This document shows, piece after piece, positions 12,207-25,315 of a stretch of 64,000 bases of DNA. The translations under genes were made by a program, and so were the position numbers. Each line of letters begins with the position of its first letter. The stretch's first letter is position 1. This DNA is from Sphaerodactylus townsendi. Its lineage: Eukaryota. The DNA lies in NCBI RefSeq assembly GCF_021028975.2, contig NC_059426.1:74400001-74464000 (forward strand), read 5' to 3'. The notes under the pieces were generated by a model. It saw only the letters and a list, made by a program, of their open reading frames with translations, did no database searches and was not told the DNA's origin.

Positions 12207-14254
12207 GGGAGAAGTACACCAGTACTAGGAAAAACAAGGATCAGCACCAATTTAGCTTAAAGAATTACACACAGATAACATATAGTTCCTCCATCAGTTC
12301 CAACAAAACAATACAAGATATTATTCTCCTTTCACAGAGCAAACTGAGGAATCTAATAACAGGTGTTGTAGCTGCTTAGAAACAAACTACAAAATATAAT
12401 TTGTCCATATAAGCTCCAACCACAGCTGTACAGAACACCTTAAAGAGACCACACTCCTGATATGAGTTACGGTGATAATGCTCTGATTCCTGGTTATTTT
12501 GCCCATTTCAATAGCCTGGAATCAGGGCATTATTACTGTGACTGTGCAGTTCAGCTTTTGGAGGCTGTGCAGGCACACACATACCCAAGCAAGGCGTGGA
12601 AACAGCTGATGGAAAACAGAATCTTGGCACCTTCCGAGTTGTTCCTTGTTGTTTTCCAGATTTCAGCTCTGAAATATCATGCACTGGAGCCTGCAGCCAG
12701 TGTTTATAGAATGTGCTTACTCCGATCCCTCTGTAACATGCCATGAGCCATCCAACTTACTTGCTGGAGAAGACAACCAGAGACCCTGCACTGAGCCAGG
12801 AAGTATTGCTTGACACACCAGCTGCTGATCTGAAGCCAGTCAGAGCTTGGCCTTCAGAACTTGCTGTGTTGTTTTTTTCCTGACATATGACAGCCATTAC
12901 CCTTTCATACTGAGACTTCATGCTCAAGGAATGCAGCAGTGTTTTGTGGATTCTGGAACTGCACAGCCCCTTTTTGGTATTGGGAGATGCAAGCTGTCTC
13001 CCCAAATTTAAAAACTCACAGAGGGCAATGACTGCCAAAAAAAGGAGAACAAAAACAAGGACACACAAGCTCCTACCACCCACACGTTCCCCTCATCCAG
13101 CTGTGTGGAATGTTTGCACAACTGGCTTGAATGTTTTTACTGAGAATCCTCAAGGGATCTCTGAATCGACAGATCTCCAGTTTCAAAGAGGGGTACAAGG
13201 GAAGGAATACAGTATTATATGATATCATAGTCAGGATGAAATAATTTACTTTCACTACAAAAAAGCTACAGAGAAAGGGACTGGCTAAAACTAGGGAGGG
13301 GGAAGATAGAAAATCACAAAGTCAGGTTGACCTTGGTTCTATCTGTTTGTGCAGATAGAACCATGAAAAGAGGAGGAGAGAAATAGTGAGTTTGGGGCTA
13401 GAGAAGCAGGACTGTTTTCCAGAGAGCTGAAAGTAATTTGTTGGAGGTACCTTTACTACTAGTGCACATGTGCATTCCATTTATCTCTGGTCAAACAGGG
13501 TTTGCATGTTTTTGAAACTCCATAAACACCAGCAATAGTGAGATGATTGTATCCATATCTTGAACAGCAATGCTTTTCTCACACTATCTTCAGTGTTCAG
13601 GGTGGGGAGACTGTCTCCAGTCTAAATTACATCATCCCTGGCTTGACGTGATAGTCTTCTTGGTTTTTGCCATAGTGCCAGACTCAAAGTTAGCTTGGAT
13701 TTTGCCATCTTTCTGTACAGATCATGAGGCTTCACTAGAAGCTACAATTAACCAAGTAAATATTTTCTTATCAGGTAAAATTCTTTCACTTACCTGATTA
13801 ACCAAGAACAGTGGTTGGCCCTTTCGGTCTGTTGGTGGGCAGGAACAATGGAAGTAATTGTATATCTTGTATGACTTACAAGTGTTTTCTGATGGGCTCC
13901 TTTATATTAACATGATTTGTGCTATGCCATCCGAGAGCTGGTTTAGGCAAAGATGTAGCTGTATTTTTCCTATTTATTCTCATAAAACATATAAATGGAA
14001 CTGAATAAGATATACTCAGACAGCTTCATAAGATCTACATGAAAATTAGGTTTGAGTTTGAACTTCACATTTGGCAAACATTTCCAAAGCTAACTCACCA
14101 AGCCTTTGCCTTGGACAGGCTTTTGAGTCCATGTGCCTAACACAGAGTGACCATTTCTCAGCCACTTTTCAACTCAAGTCTTGTGATCCCTTAATGACTA
14201 ACTGATTCAGATAGCTGACCAAGCAGAGCTACACATTTCTTTTGAAGACAATGA

Positions 14255-14560
14255 GCTCGGAAACGTTTGATAACCTCCTCTCCCTCCTCTTCGTTCTCCC
14301 TCTGATAACATCATTGAATCCTACCACCCCTTGGGGTTGAGGAGTTAATAGTGGATGCCATCACGTACTAATGTTAATTTTAATGCTGCTTTTTAATGGG
14401 AAAGGTTTATATTTTATTTTTTAGAGCCTGTACTATGTAACTTATTGAATTTTAACTTGATTTATTATATTGTGCTCTACTTATGTTGTTCACCGCCCTG
14501 AGCCCTTAGGGGGAGGGCGGTTTATAAACCGAATATATAAATAAATAAATAAATAAATAA
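14255..14560 (+). mobile_element. L2-type LINE 3' end
   Basis: ...CACCGCCCTGAGCCCTTAGGGGGAGGGCGGTTTATAAA followed by a (TAAA)n tail. Confidence 0.7.
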
Positions 14561-17500
14561 TCGCACTGTACTTGTGATATATAAGCTTCTGTTGATTAAG
14601 TTCTATTTCGTCATACGCATGAAGTGCCACACATAGGATAAGCATATGGAAAGAAGGCCAGCTCAGCCAGCTTTTGGGGGGAATGTGCATTTTCATTGGA
14701 TGTGATTGGACATTCCCTCCCGCTTGGGAAAAAAGGCTCATGATATTTTGCCAGCCCAAGCAGTGTGGGTGACAACAGAAGTATGCAAACTATGTGTAGT
14801 GCCACCTCCCAGTTCCAAAACCATAATCAGCTGGGAGCATGAGGAGCTTCCAGGATCTCTGGAGTTCAGTTTTGGACTTGAAGGTGGCCACATGGTTATG
14901 AAAGGCAATGCAAGGGGACAGCCAAGCCCATTCCCTCGTCCAAGTGCAAGTGCTTATCCAATTGCAACAGGAGAAATCCCCTTCCATTAATGTTGGTGCT
15001 TTCTACCAGGAGGGGGAAGTCTCTGACAAGACTCTGCAGAAACACTGCTTGATCTGATGGTCCTACTGTAGGCCAGCATTCGTAATTCATTTTGAGGATT
15101 TTTTTGGATTTTCCCTTGGCAAGTAATATATGAGAGGGGGGGTGTCCCTTTTCTTCTTTGTGCCATAGCTCTGTCCAGATGATGCCAATCTCTCCTCATT
15201 TCCACAGGTCTCCAATTGCACATGAATGCTTCCGCACCTCCCCTTGGATCCTACAGACATCCCTTCCCAGCCTGTTGATAAATACAACAGCTGGCGGAAG
15301 TGAGAGGGCGAGAAAAATGGCCAGTCTGCCATTTTGAACACAAAATCATGGTTTAAAATACAAAAATATGTTTTGAAATGCAATAAGACAATAAAAGACA
15401 TATTTTCTATTGATATATTAATATTGTACGATAATAAATAAATATTTAAATAATGGTAAACACAAAAAGATTTGTTTGCCCACTGTTTCCATTCTTTGGC
15501 TGGAAGGAAGGCGAGCAGAAATGGTGGGGCCCAGATCATCTGATACAACAGGATCTACCCTGTAGCTCGCTTTCCCAATTCCCAATCCTCTTTTCTGTAC
15601 AAGCTGCAATACTGATGATGTGCTCTGTTGGACATGTGCTTTGTGCCCTGTCTGTCACTGTCTGGTGAAATGGCTACATTCCATGGAATGTTGGGGCATC
15701 CTCTGGACACCCAAATTTTGAAAGTTTTTTGTGTTGGTATGAATTGATTGGCTGAGCCTCACTTATGATCTGATGCACAGTACTCCAGTTTGCTTTCAGG
15801 AGCCATGGGTCCCAGGTGAGCTTTCCGGCAGAGGCCAGAGACTGACTGAATGCTGACATTCATCTACCGATGGGGGTATGCTCCGCATCTTATGAGCAGT
15901 ACCCATATAGAGAACCATAGCTTCTATGTGAGGGTGGCTGAGCATCTCCAGAAGGGTGGCTGAACAATGCCGCTCCAAACTGAAGAGGCTCAAGATAACC
16001 TTCTTGGATGCAAGGGAGGCTTGACAGGGGTCCCCCGCAAAAGTGCCCTCCCTCCACATTTCTCCCAGCTGCTCCAGCTGTGGGAAGCGGCATGTTGACC
16101 TCACTTGGAGGACAGGAGGCATGAGTGAGTCTATATCGCACCCCCTCCCACAGTCATTCCTCTTATCACCTCCAGGTATGGCTGCCATGTCTCCCCTCCC
16201 CAAGGATCACCATCTACTCCTCGCTCCTTATTAGCAAACAAGCCCAGTCCCTCACATTCTGACCCAACACCCGACATTAGCAGCACTATTCACTTCACAA
16301 ATAACACTTTTGCCCTCATCACTGCAAAGGCACCCAAATACATAGCAATGCTCCTGCCCCACCAAAAACACTGGGCACCAGCAGGTATTGGAAAAGGAGA
16401 AAGGTCCAGTTGTTGGGCATAATTGTTGAGGCACTGCAGGGATTGTGGAAGGGAGAGGGCTACCACAAAATGGCCACTGCAGGAGGTGAACCCAGTCACA
16501 AAATGGCTGCTGCTGCAGCTTACCTTCAGTCACAAAGTAAAGATCCTTGTGCTGTGGCAGCAATTGCTGCCAAAGCAGCATTTTTAAAAATAGTTTGTAC
16601 ATCCTATCAAATATCCAATGGTCAGTTAGATGCCTTTCTTAGCAAAGATTCCACCTGGACCTGTTCAGTTTCCAAAAATACATGATGGGCACCAGGAAAA
16701 GTGTCAGCAGGCACCATGTCGGGGACTCATGCAGTATAGGATAGCAGGCAATGCACAAGGTGCCACCACTCAGGGCACCCGAAAGACTAGCCTGGTTTTT
16801 ATTTTAACAGTTGTTTGTGAATCACTAAAATTTATGTTACAAAAGAAAAAAGATTTAAAAGACCAACCACTAGTCAGTGTTTAAAGTTCTGTAAGATTCC
16901 AGTTCATTATTTAGTGTTGTGAACAAACATGGCTCCTATGCCGTATTCTCATGGGAGCTAACATAGGGAGCCAATTGAGCGATCCTTCACTTGCTGTAAG
17001 AGAGGAGACTTTTGTGAGAATCCCTCCAAAGGCTTTTGTTGTGGTTGAAGAAAACCCAAAGGAAAAGTCATTCCAATGATGACAGTGCCTGGCTTGGAAA
17101 CACATGAACGGGGCAATCCTAAGTGGAGTGCTGCCATTCTAAATTCATTGAAGTCAATGAGCTTAGAAGGATGTAACTCTGCTTAGAACGACATTGTTAA
17201 AAACAGATGTAACACACACATACAATCACAGATCTGTAAAAAGGCAAACCATTTCTGTACTCAGCGCAGTTTAGATCAGGGTCATGAAGAGAGGGGGAGG
17301 GGGATTTAAGTATTCAGACCGCTCATTTAGTAGCACCAATTAAAACCAGCTTGCCACACAGTACTACAGTGCCATCCTAAAGACAATTACCCCTTCTTAA
17401 ATCCATTGAAGTAAACAGGTTAAGAAGGGTGCAACTTTGTTTAGGAATGCACTAGATTAGAGTCCAGCAGCACTAGAGACCAACAAGATTTTCAAGTTTT

Positions 17501-18767
17501 GAGCTTTCAAAAGTTCATACCCTGAAAATCTTGTTCTCTAAAGTACTACTAGACTCAAATCTAGACTCAACGAAGGAGTGGGGCAAAGCACAGTTGCTGG
17601 GGGAGGTCATGGCAAAGATTGAGGAAGGAAGTGGGCGCAGTGTACTGGTGAGGAAATCTGCACTTATAACAGGTGGCTTCCAGCACATACCTGCTGCCCA
17701 CCTTGTGCATCGACCCTCCATTTTTCTGTAGGCCAGGGATTACCATTGTTCCATGCTATCAACTTCTTTAAGTATTACCAAATGCCCAGATAATGAGAAT
17801 GCCCTCACACACACACAGCCATCGCAAGGAGAGCAGAGCCAGATTCATCCCTGGAGGAGATGGAGGAGGAGGGGTCTATGGTAGCCAGGAGGGCTTGGCA
17901 GAGGAGGAGGAAGGTCACGCAAGAGGTACTGTTGTGACACCATCCCCATACTCACACCCAAAATTGTCTTCCCTTTTTTCTTCCTGTTAAACAAGCCACC
18001 CTGGAGAACAGCTGCACCAGGGGACAGGCTGGTTGCTCCGCACAATCCATCACTGTGCTGGAGTCACCTTTCCTCCCCTCTGGTAGGTACCTCTCAGTTG
18101 GTGGGGGGGGGGGGCAATTTGGCAAGAGTGGGTAAATTAGTGATTGGCACTAATTATTCCCACCACACTTTCAGCACACGCAACAGATTACCTGGTGGGC
18201 AGCCTGGAGTATGAGCACTTCCTGAAAAGAGTTCGCTGAAGAAAACAGCCATTGTAAGGTGGAGGGTTTGACATCCCAGGATAGGCTGGTAGAATGGAGG
18301 GTGCTTTTGATCATAAGGGCACCCAGTGGTGTTATGGTCTGTTGCTGAATAAGCAAGGTCACCTAAAGGAACTGCCAAAGGTCACTCTGAAACTTCATGT
18401 GACATCCCTGGTCCTTGTCACCAGGACAAAGCTTCAGCTGTTTGTTGTAGACACCTGCCTACCTGGTATCCTTAACTTCCACATCTCCTGGCCTAATGCC
18501 CCTTAGCAGAAATCACAGGGACAAGTACTGTTATGTGACCAGACTGGCTAATAACCAGCACAACCCCGCCAGGTTTTGCATTTTCATAGTTGCTGGAACA
18601 TCAGCCCAGGATCTGGGGGATGCAGGTTCAAAGCCCTCAGTGCCATGAATGTCACTTGATGATCTTGCACTGATAACTCTGTCTCTGAGCTTAGCTCACC
18701 TGACTTGGTTGTTGGGAGGGTACAATGGAGGAGGAGAGAACTGTGTGCAGTGCCCTGAGAATTACTA

Positions 18768-18871
18768 GATCCCAAATAAACAAGTTGTGGGACACTGAAA
18801 CAAAAGCACCATTGGCCTGATCCCAAATAAACAAGTTGTGGGACACTGAAACAAAAGCACCCATGGCCTGA
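18768..18871. repeat. 51-bp tandem duplication
   Basis: GATCCCAAATAAACAAGTTGTGGGACACTGAAACAAAAGCACC... at 18768 and again at 18819. Confidence 0.95.
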
Positions 18872-20250
18872 ACATGCAAACTGCTCATGGTATGTGGCAA
18901 CCCATGAAACACTGAGTAGGTGCTACCTGTTATCTTAGCAAAGCTTTTGAAATTCTCCTCATCCAAGTGTGGAATTCTAGACCGTGAGACCGCGTTTCCT
19001 AAGTGGTGCTAATGCCAGCAGACTTCTCCCCCCTCCCTGCCCAGCTCCATGCTTTCCATGATGCTGCAGTTTTCTTCTTAATCATATTTATATGGGAGTC
19101 AGGGTGGCAAATGTGGGTGGGGAGAATGCTTTTCCCATTTCCAAACAATGCTGTGAGATAGGTTAGACAGCATGGTCAATGCATGGTTAACCCACACACT
19201 ATGCAGCAGTCTGGAGACCCTGATCTCCCTGTTCTTAACTTGGCATTAAACCACAGTGGCACACTTCCTTTCATGAAGCTCAATGGCCCCCAAAAGATCT
19301 CCCATCAAGCAACTCCCACTTGCCTTCCCAGGATGGTTACCAGAAACTGAAGGGCAGCATTCAGTAACAGTCCAAACGTCTTTGGACAGTTAATAATTGA
19401 GATAAAGGTACCAGTGGGCACAGGGTGCTGGAAAAACCTGTTTTTAAAACAGGAGAATTGGGGCAGAACAGGTTAACCTGGCCTTTCCCGCCTTAGCCAT
19501 ATCTCATGACCACTGTGGAAAAACTTTCAATAGAACGGCAAACCTCAGAAGCAAAAAGAATGTGCCTGTGAGCATGGGGTGCTGGGACAATATTTTTTAC
19601 AACTGGAGGCTGTGAAGCAGAACTGATTAACCATGTGTTTCCCAGAGATATCTTCCCCAAACCTTGCCTGTATTTCATGGCAACCCTTGAAAAACTACAT
19701 CTACATGCCTGGTGGTGGCTGGCATGGGGGAGAGGCAGCATTCAATAGCAGGCCACACCTCAGAGATAAGGATGTGTCCCATGAGGGGATTCTGTTCTCA
19801 AGTGAATGGCCACTCCCCTACATCGCCTGCATAAGCCTGATTAGCCCCAAGCAATGCATTTCCCCTGCTCTCCAACCCTGGGAAGGCCAGACTGAACAAT
19901 CCACCCTACACTTGCACCTCATTCAATGGGCTGCTCAACAGAGGCATAGCTAGGGAAAATGTTGTCCGGTGCAAAATCTGAGTTTTGTTTTTTGTATTTT
20001 TAGTGTTTTTCAGTTTTTGGCCTGCAGGGGGCGCAGTTTTTAGGCTAGCAGCACAAACATTTCAGGGTATCTTTAGGAGACTCTCCTTCTGATACCACCC
20101 AGGTTTGGTGAGATTTGGCTCAGGGGGTCCAAAGTTATGGACCCTCAAAGATGTAGCCCCCATTAGCTCCCATTGGAAATACTGGAACTGGTTGTTAAAT
20201 TATTTGAATCCCACCACTGCCCAAAGCCCAACCTCAAGCCTTTAGAGAAC

Positions 20251-20691
20251 TGTCATAGACTGGTCCTCAAGAACCGACAGTCCAGAGACAATGATTCAGA
20301 GGGGGCAGTTGTTTAATGAATACACAAGGTTAGGGACATTGGAAACCTGCAAACTGAACCACAATCTCTCGTTTATAGCCAACCTCCCATTCCCTAGTCC
20401 CGACCGGGGCGGTGGCGGGGGACTGGCAGGGTCCCTTCTGCCTCATTGTGAAGAGGCTGAATAGTCTCAGAGCTAGGCCCTGGCTGGAGAATTTCAGAGC
20501 TTGGACCTGGCTGTGGATCCCCGCCTGCATGCTCTGCCTGAACCTCTGGACCTGGTCCTACAGGGACTAATGATTGGTCAGGCCCTGCATTTACAGGCGG
20601 TGCCTGGGGATCTGGAACCAAAACTGCCCCCACCTCTCCATCTGAGTCTTTCTCCCAGGGATCCCCACCTAGATGAGGCTGAGCTATAACA
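20251..20691 (-). mobile_element. Solo LTR (441 bp) with 5-bp TSD AGAAC
   Basis: TGTCATAG...CTATAACA termini; AGAAC at 20246-20250 and 20692-20696; TATAAA and ATTAAA on the minus strand. Confidence 0.8.
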
Positions 20692-20704
20692 AGAACTTAG
20701 AGAT

Positions 20705-20920
20705 AATAGAATCACAAAATCATAGAGTTGGAAGAGAGCACACTAGCCATCAAGTCCATGCAGGGATATGCAATCAAAGCACCCTTGACAGATGGCAGTC
20801 CAGCCTCTGTTTAAAAACATCTAAAGAAGGAGATTCCACTATCCAAGGCATTGTATTCCACTGTCAAACAGCCCTTATTGTCAGGAAGTTCTTCCTAATG
20901 TTTAGCTGGAATCTGTGTTA
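20705..20920 (-). mobile_element. CR1 3' fragment
   Basis: ATAGAATCA...ATCATAGAGTTGGAAG... is the reverse complement of a CR1 3' tail and UTR. Confidence 0.7.
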
Positions 20921-22224
20921 GAGATTTTCACTAGTGAAATGGAAACAGCAAAGAACACCACTGCATATCCCTTGTGAAATTCCTGCCTTCAGCCTGCCAC
21001 TGGCCCACAGAGTGCCTGCCCTCCATGGAATGAAATATCATCCCATTGGCTTGAGCAACCATCAAGCCTCTGGATTGATTGAGGGGAGTCCCTGAAGGAT
21101 TCTCTGTGATACTATTGCTCCCCATTGGTAAAGGGCATAGGATGAAAGTGGGAAATGTCCTTTGGGGGTTTATTCAGTTTGATCGACAGAAAAACCTTGC
21201 AAGTATACATCGACACCCTCTCCTGACCATGTTTCCCCTGCTCACAGAGATGCCATGCTTGGTTTATTCATGATGACAAGTTGTCCCTTAATCCAAAAGG
21301 AAATGATGCAATCCCTCCATCCCCTCTTTACAGAGCCCCCCCTTGCCCAATCTGCGTTGTGAGGATGAAGGAAATTCCCACCATGCCCTGAACAAGTAGG
21401 GTAGTGAAGGCATGGTTATATCAAGGAGGGGTGTGGCAGTCAAAACAGGCCTGAAGGAGCAGGCATAAATGATTTTCTGTTCTGCATGCTATTGTAATAT
21501 CACATATGTGAAATATTGATATTGAGAATCCAAAGATTGTTGCAGTGTGGTCCAGCTTTATTGCCTACTACTGGCTGGCTGCAGAAAGATATCTCGTGGG
21601 AGAAATCCAAAAATATGGTCTTTCACGTGGTGACCACATAGAACTCAGCATTTTTTCAGCATATGTCTGTGTATGTCCCAATTGAGGATAATTATTTGTG
21701 GATCTGATGAAGTAAGCTCTAATAGCCAGCAATTATGCCACAAAAAAACAGATTCTTTGTTGGTTTTGCTGCAAAAAGCTAACATGGCTGCCCCTCTGGA
21801 ATTTATAGCTTTGAAACTGGTTGTAAGGTATTTTCCCCAAGGCTACCCAGTGAATCTCATGGCAGAGCAGGAATTTATAAGGAAGGATTCCTATCTCCTC
21901 AGCCCTCTGTCTTTGTATATCCAGAGAAATGAAACCAGGAAAGGACAGCTGCCTCAATTCAAGGAGATGCTTGTTTGCTGAACCCCTTTGCACAGCAGGG
22001 AGTCCATGAAGCTTCTGAAGAAAATCACATCGCGGCAATAAAGTGTGTTGAGAACTATCATGTGATCATTTCTCCCCCAGTATTATGTGAAGAAGCAGCA
22101 AAAAATGGAAGGCATCCAATGGAAAATAGTCTCCTAGAACTGTGCCACTTCATCATTCAGATGGGGAAATTATATTTTGGAGGCTTCCTCCATTCTCTAC
22201 ATGAGGAAAGATAGCACATCAAAT

Positions 22225-22605
22225 AATCTCTGTTTGTACTCTGCTTTTCTTTCCGTTGGGAAACCACAGTGTACTTTCAGCCACCATTTTATCCTCTCAG
22301 CAAGAACTCTGTGCGGTAGGTTCATGGAGAGAGTGGTAAATAAACCAAATGATGACGACGGCCATCGACGACGATTTTACGACGCCAACGCACGTAATTT
22401 TAATGCACTTAATTTCCATCGGCCGACGCCGACGGCTTTTAATTCAATTTGACGTACTAATTTTACCGGCATTTCCACGGCATCTACGCATGCACGCCTT
22501 CACACCACCACTCGACACATTAGGCTGACAGAGAATGTGACTGACTTAAGGTCAGTCAGTGAGCTTCTATGACAAAATGGAGATTCAAACCTGGTTCTCC
22601 AGCCA
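22225..22605 (-). mobile_element. SINE with L2-like tail, split by a ~200-bp foreign-looking insert
   Basis: ...CTCTGTGCGGTAGG[insert]TAGGCTGACAGAGAATGTGACTG...; same body as the copy at 56066-56346. Confidence 0.65.
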
Positions 22606-24019
22606 AGACCCTAGTAGCAGCCAGATGTTCAGGTATTATTCCAGTTTCCATAAAGACTATTATACATGGTGGGGGAGCATTCTGTGAGCATTCTGGCTTT
22701 TGGACGAGATTGTTCTACCTGAAGGTACCATCTTTCTCACACAAATATATATATTTTTGAAGCATCTTTCCAAAGCTGAAAGTCCATTAGAGCAAGGGAA
22801 AGAGGGAAGGTGTGGTTTCTCCTCACCTCTTTTCATCCCATCCATCACCCCACCAGGGGAAAAGCTAGCCTGAAAGCTGCAGGTTGCCACAATGATCCTT
22901 AGCAAATGTTTTTTTTTTTAAAAAAAGCTATAGAATACCTTTCATTGTGTCCAAGCAAAATAACCCAGTGCAATGTGCATGCTTTCAAAACTCCTAATCC
23001 CACTAGATGTTCAAAAGCAAAGACTGAGGGGGCGATTGTCCAAGTCATGATCTTTGGGTCCCTTTGGCTGCATCTTGCGTGAAATGTTTTGCTAACTTTA
23101 GTAGGCAGAGGTGTTGATAGTATCCCCTACAGCCTTCAGGGAGGAAAGAACAAAAAATAGAAGGCATTCCACAGAAAATATTAAAAGCAGAAGTTAATCA
23201 ATAATATTGATTATCAAGAATGAATATCAATAATGAAATTAATATATAATATTGTAAATAAATACAATTATATTGTTATACAGCCACACCCCTCTCCTTT
23301 TGAGCTCAAACTGGTGTACACTGGTCATCCAGAAAATGCTTGTATTAGCCAAGCTAGCCTCATACTGTCCTAGCGTTATGCCACAATGAAAGTGAAAATA
23401 TACAGTTGTTTGTTAGAAACATCTTAGTACATGCTTTGGAGCCCCCTAATGGTACATCAGCTTGATGCAACCCAAAGTGTGGGATGCTTATGTGTTCAGA
23501 CTGCTCTTCTGAAACAGTGGTAGCCAGCCTTTGTGAAACCCACTCATTCAATAACTGTGTTTTATTTTATGATATTATTTATTTCATTTATAACTTACCT
23601 TTCTTGCTGAGATTTAAGGTCTCAGAATATAAAACAATCAAAGAACATCAATTCATAGTGCAGTTGGACTAGGGTTATATCATTGGACAGCAATACAAAC
23701 AAAAAGAAAGAACAGGTGTGAACAAGGCAGAAGACAGGGTAGTAAAGAGAGGATGATATATACATAAAACATTGCAATAGACTATTACTTTTTCCCTTAT
23801 AGAGCAACTCTTGTCTTGTTCCATTATGCTATAATTCCAGTCCCTTTACAACAACAAAAAGCCCTCCTGAACATTTCTGTTTTTCACATTCTGATAAATG
23901 ATCATGGAGTAGAAAAAAAGTTGGGTGACTTAATGTAGAATGGAAATAATTGTTTACATATATGCAGATATCAATAACTACCATTCAAAATTTTATCCTG
24001 AAGGGGCACATTAATCTGT

Positions 24020-25315
24020 CATGTATGATGGAGACCTGGCTGGGAAAATGGAGACCTGGCTGGGGATTTAAATCTGACCCAGCTTTGTTGCCAATGCTTC
24101 TCTGTACAGAGGAATGTTAGATTAGGAGGATGGGAAGGTGGGGTCATGGTGGTCTATTGGAATTCCATCCATCTGTCAAGGTGCCTCATCTAGCAGTCTT
24201 ATGATTCTGAATATGTGTTCCTGAAGGTTAGTGACCAGAACAGGGTAGGGATTCGGGGGTGGGGGGGTGGGGGGTCAACCCTGAAGTCCAATAATTCCTT
24301 TTCCTGAGCTGACCAATCTGGTCTCAGACATGTAGGTGGAAACCCAAAACTAGTAATCTTAAGTAACTTCAACATCAATGCCATGACCAATTTGTCAGGA
24401 GGGTTGCTCAGAGGGTTACTACTGGAAACCAGTTATCATCATTGTGGACCTAACCTTTGGAGTTCTACCAGACACAATTTGATCCCCCATGCTCTTCAAT
24501 CTCTGTATAAAGTCATCAGGAGAAATCATTCATAGCTTTGTGGTGGCTTGTTACCAATTTATGGATGATACCCAGTTCTATATATCCTTACTCAAGTCTC
24601 CCAGTGTTGTAGTAGGAGTCCTAACTCACTAGACAAAGGGTAATGTTGGATGAGAAAATGGAGTTCTTGAAAGACATTGTGCTCCCCACTTCTGATGACG
24701 TTTCACTGACCATTGCTCTTAACCGCCTTGATGTTGCACCGGACCCAATTTTATTGGCGAAGCAAGTTAATGAAGCTGAAAAAATGCATTCTTCTAATGT
24801 AGTCTAGCCTACAAGATGGCTTCCTACCTTGACAACTAGCCACCTGGTTCCAAAACAATAACATTGAGACTACACTACTGCAATGCACTCTACATAGATC
24901 TCCCCTTGAAGTCAACTAAGAGACTTCAGTTGGTGCAGAATGCTACAGCTTGCTTATTGTGTAGAGCTAGATGGAGAAGGCATATTACTTCCATTCTGCA
25001 TCCACTCCATTAGCTGTCCATTAATTGCCAGGCTTAGTTCAAACTATTGGCTATAATATAATATACCATGAAAGCTTCATTCATCTGTTCAGGGCCTTCT
25101 GTAGGTACCATGCTGAAATGGGCAAAACCAACAACTACTTTTACCTCCCCCTTGTCCATTGTGGCTCCCGCATTGTGGAACAGTGTACTTGAAGGCACAC
25201 TATTAAATTGTGATATTTTATGCATTTTTATTATTGTTGTTTTAGTTACATTGTAAACCACCTTGAGTTCCACAAGGTAGAAATTTGGCTAATGTTTTAA
25301 TGAAATAAATAATAG
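24020..25315 (+). mobile_element. Decayed L2 LINE (EN/RT relic to 3' tail)
   Basis: ETWL-like endonuclease motif (about 24030); YQFMDDTQF, a YADD-like motif (about 24552); LQLVQNA; A-rich tail. Confidence 0.75.

Larger units (their letters stand above)
14700..21450 (-). mobile_element. Highly decayed ERV-like pol-env relic, fragmented by later insertions
   Basis: Collinear minus-strand motifs: RNase H-like GYAVV (about 20960); integrase-like HGLPHTMSS..NGAFVS, LHC...SGE and HNTTGCPY (18300-18910); env TM-like KKKR, QAVFLQSLVRDFPLL and SCCNWI (14950-15160). Confidence 0.5.

Noticed and set aside
11729-12379. 146-160 aa ORFs and CpG-island-like sequence
   Set aside because: Explained by the GC-rich hAT element at 11815-12206.
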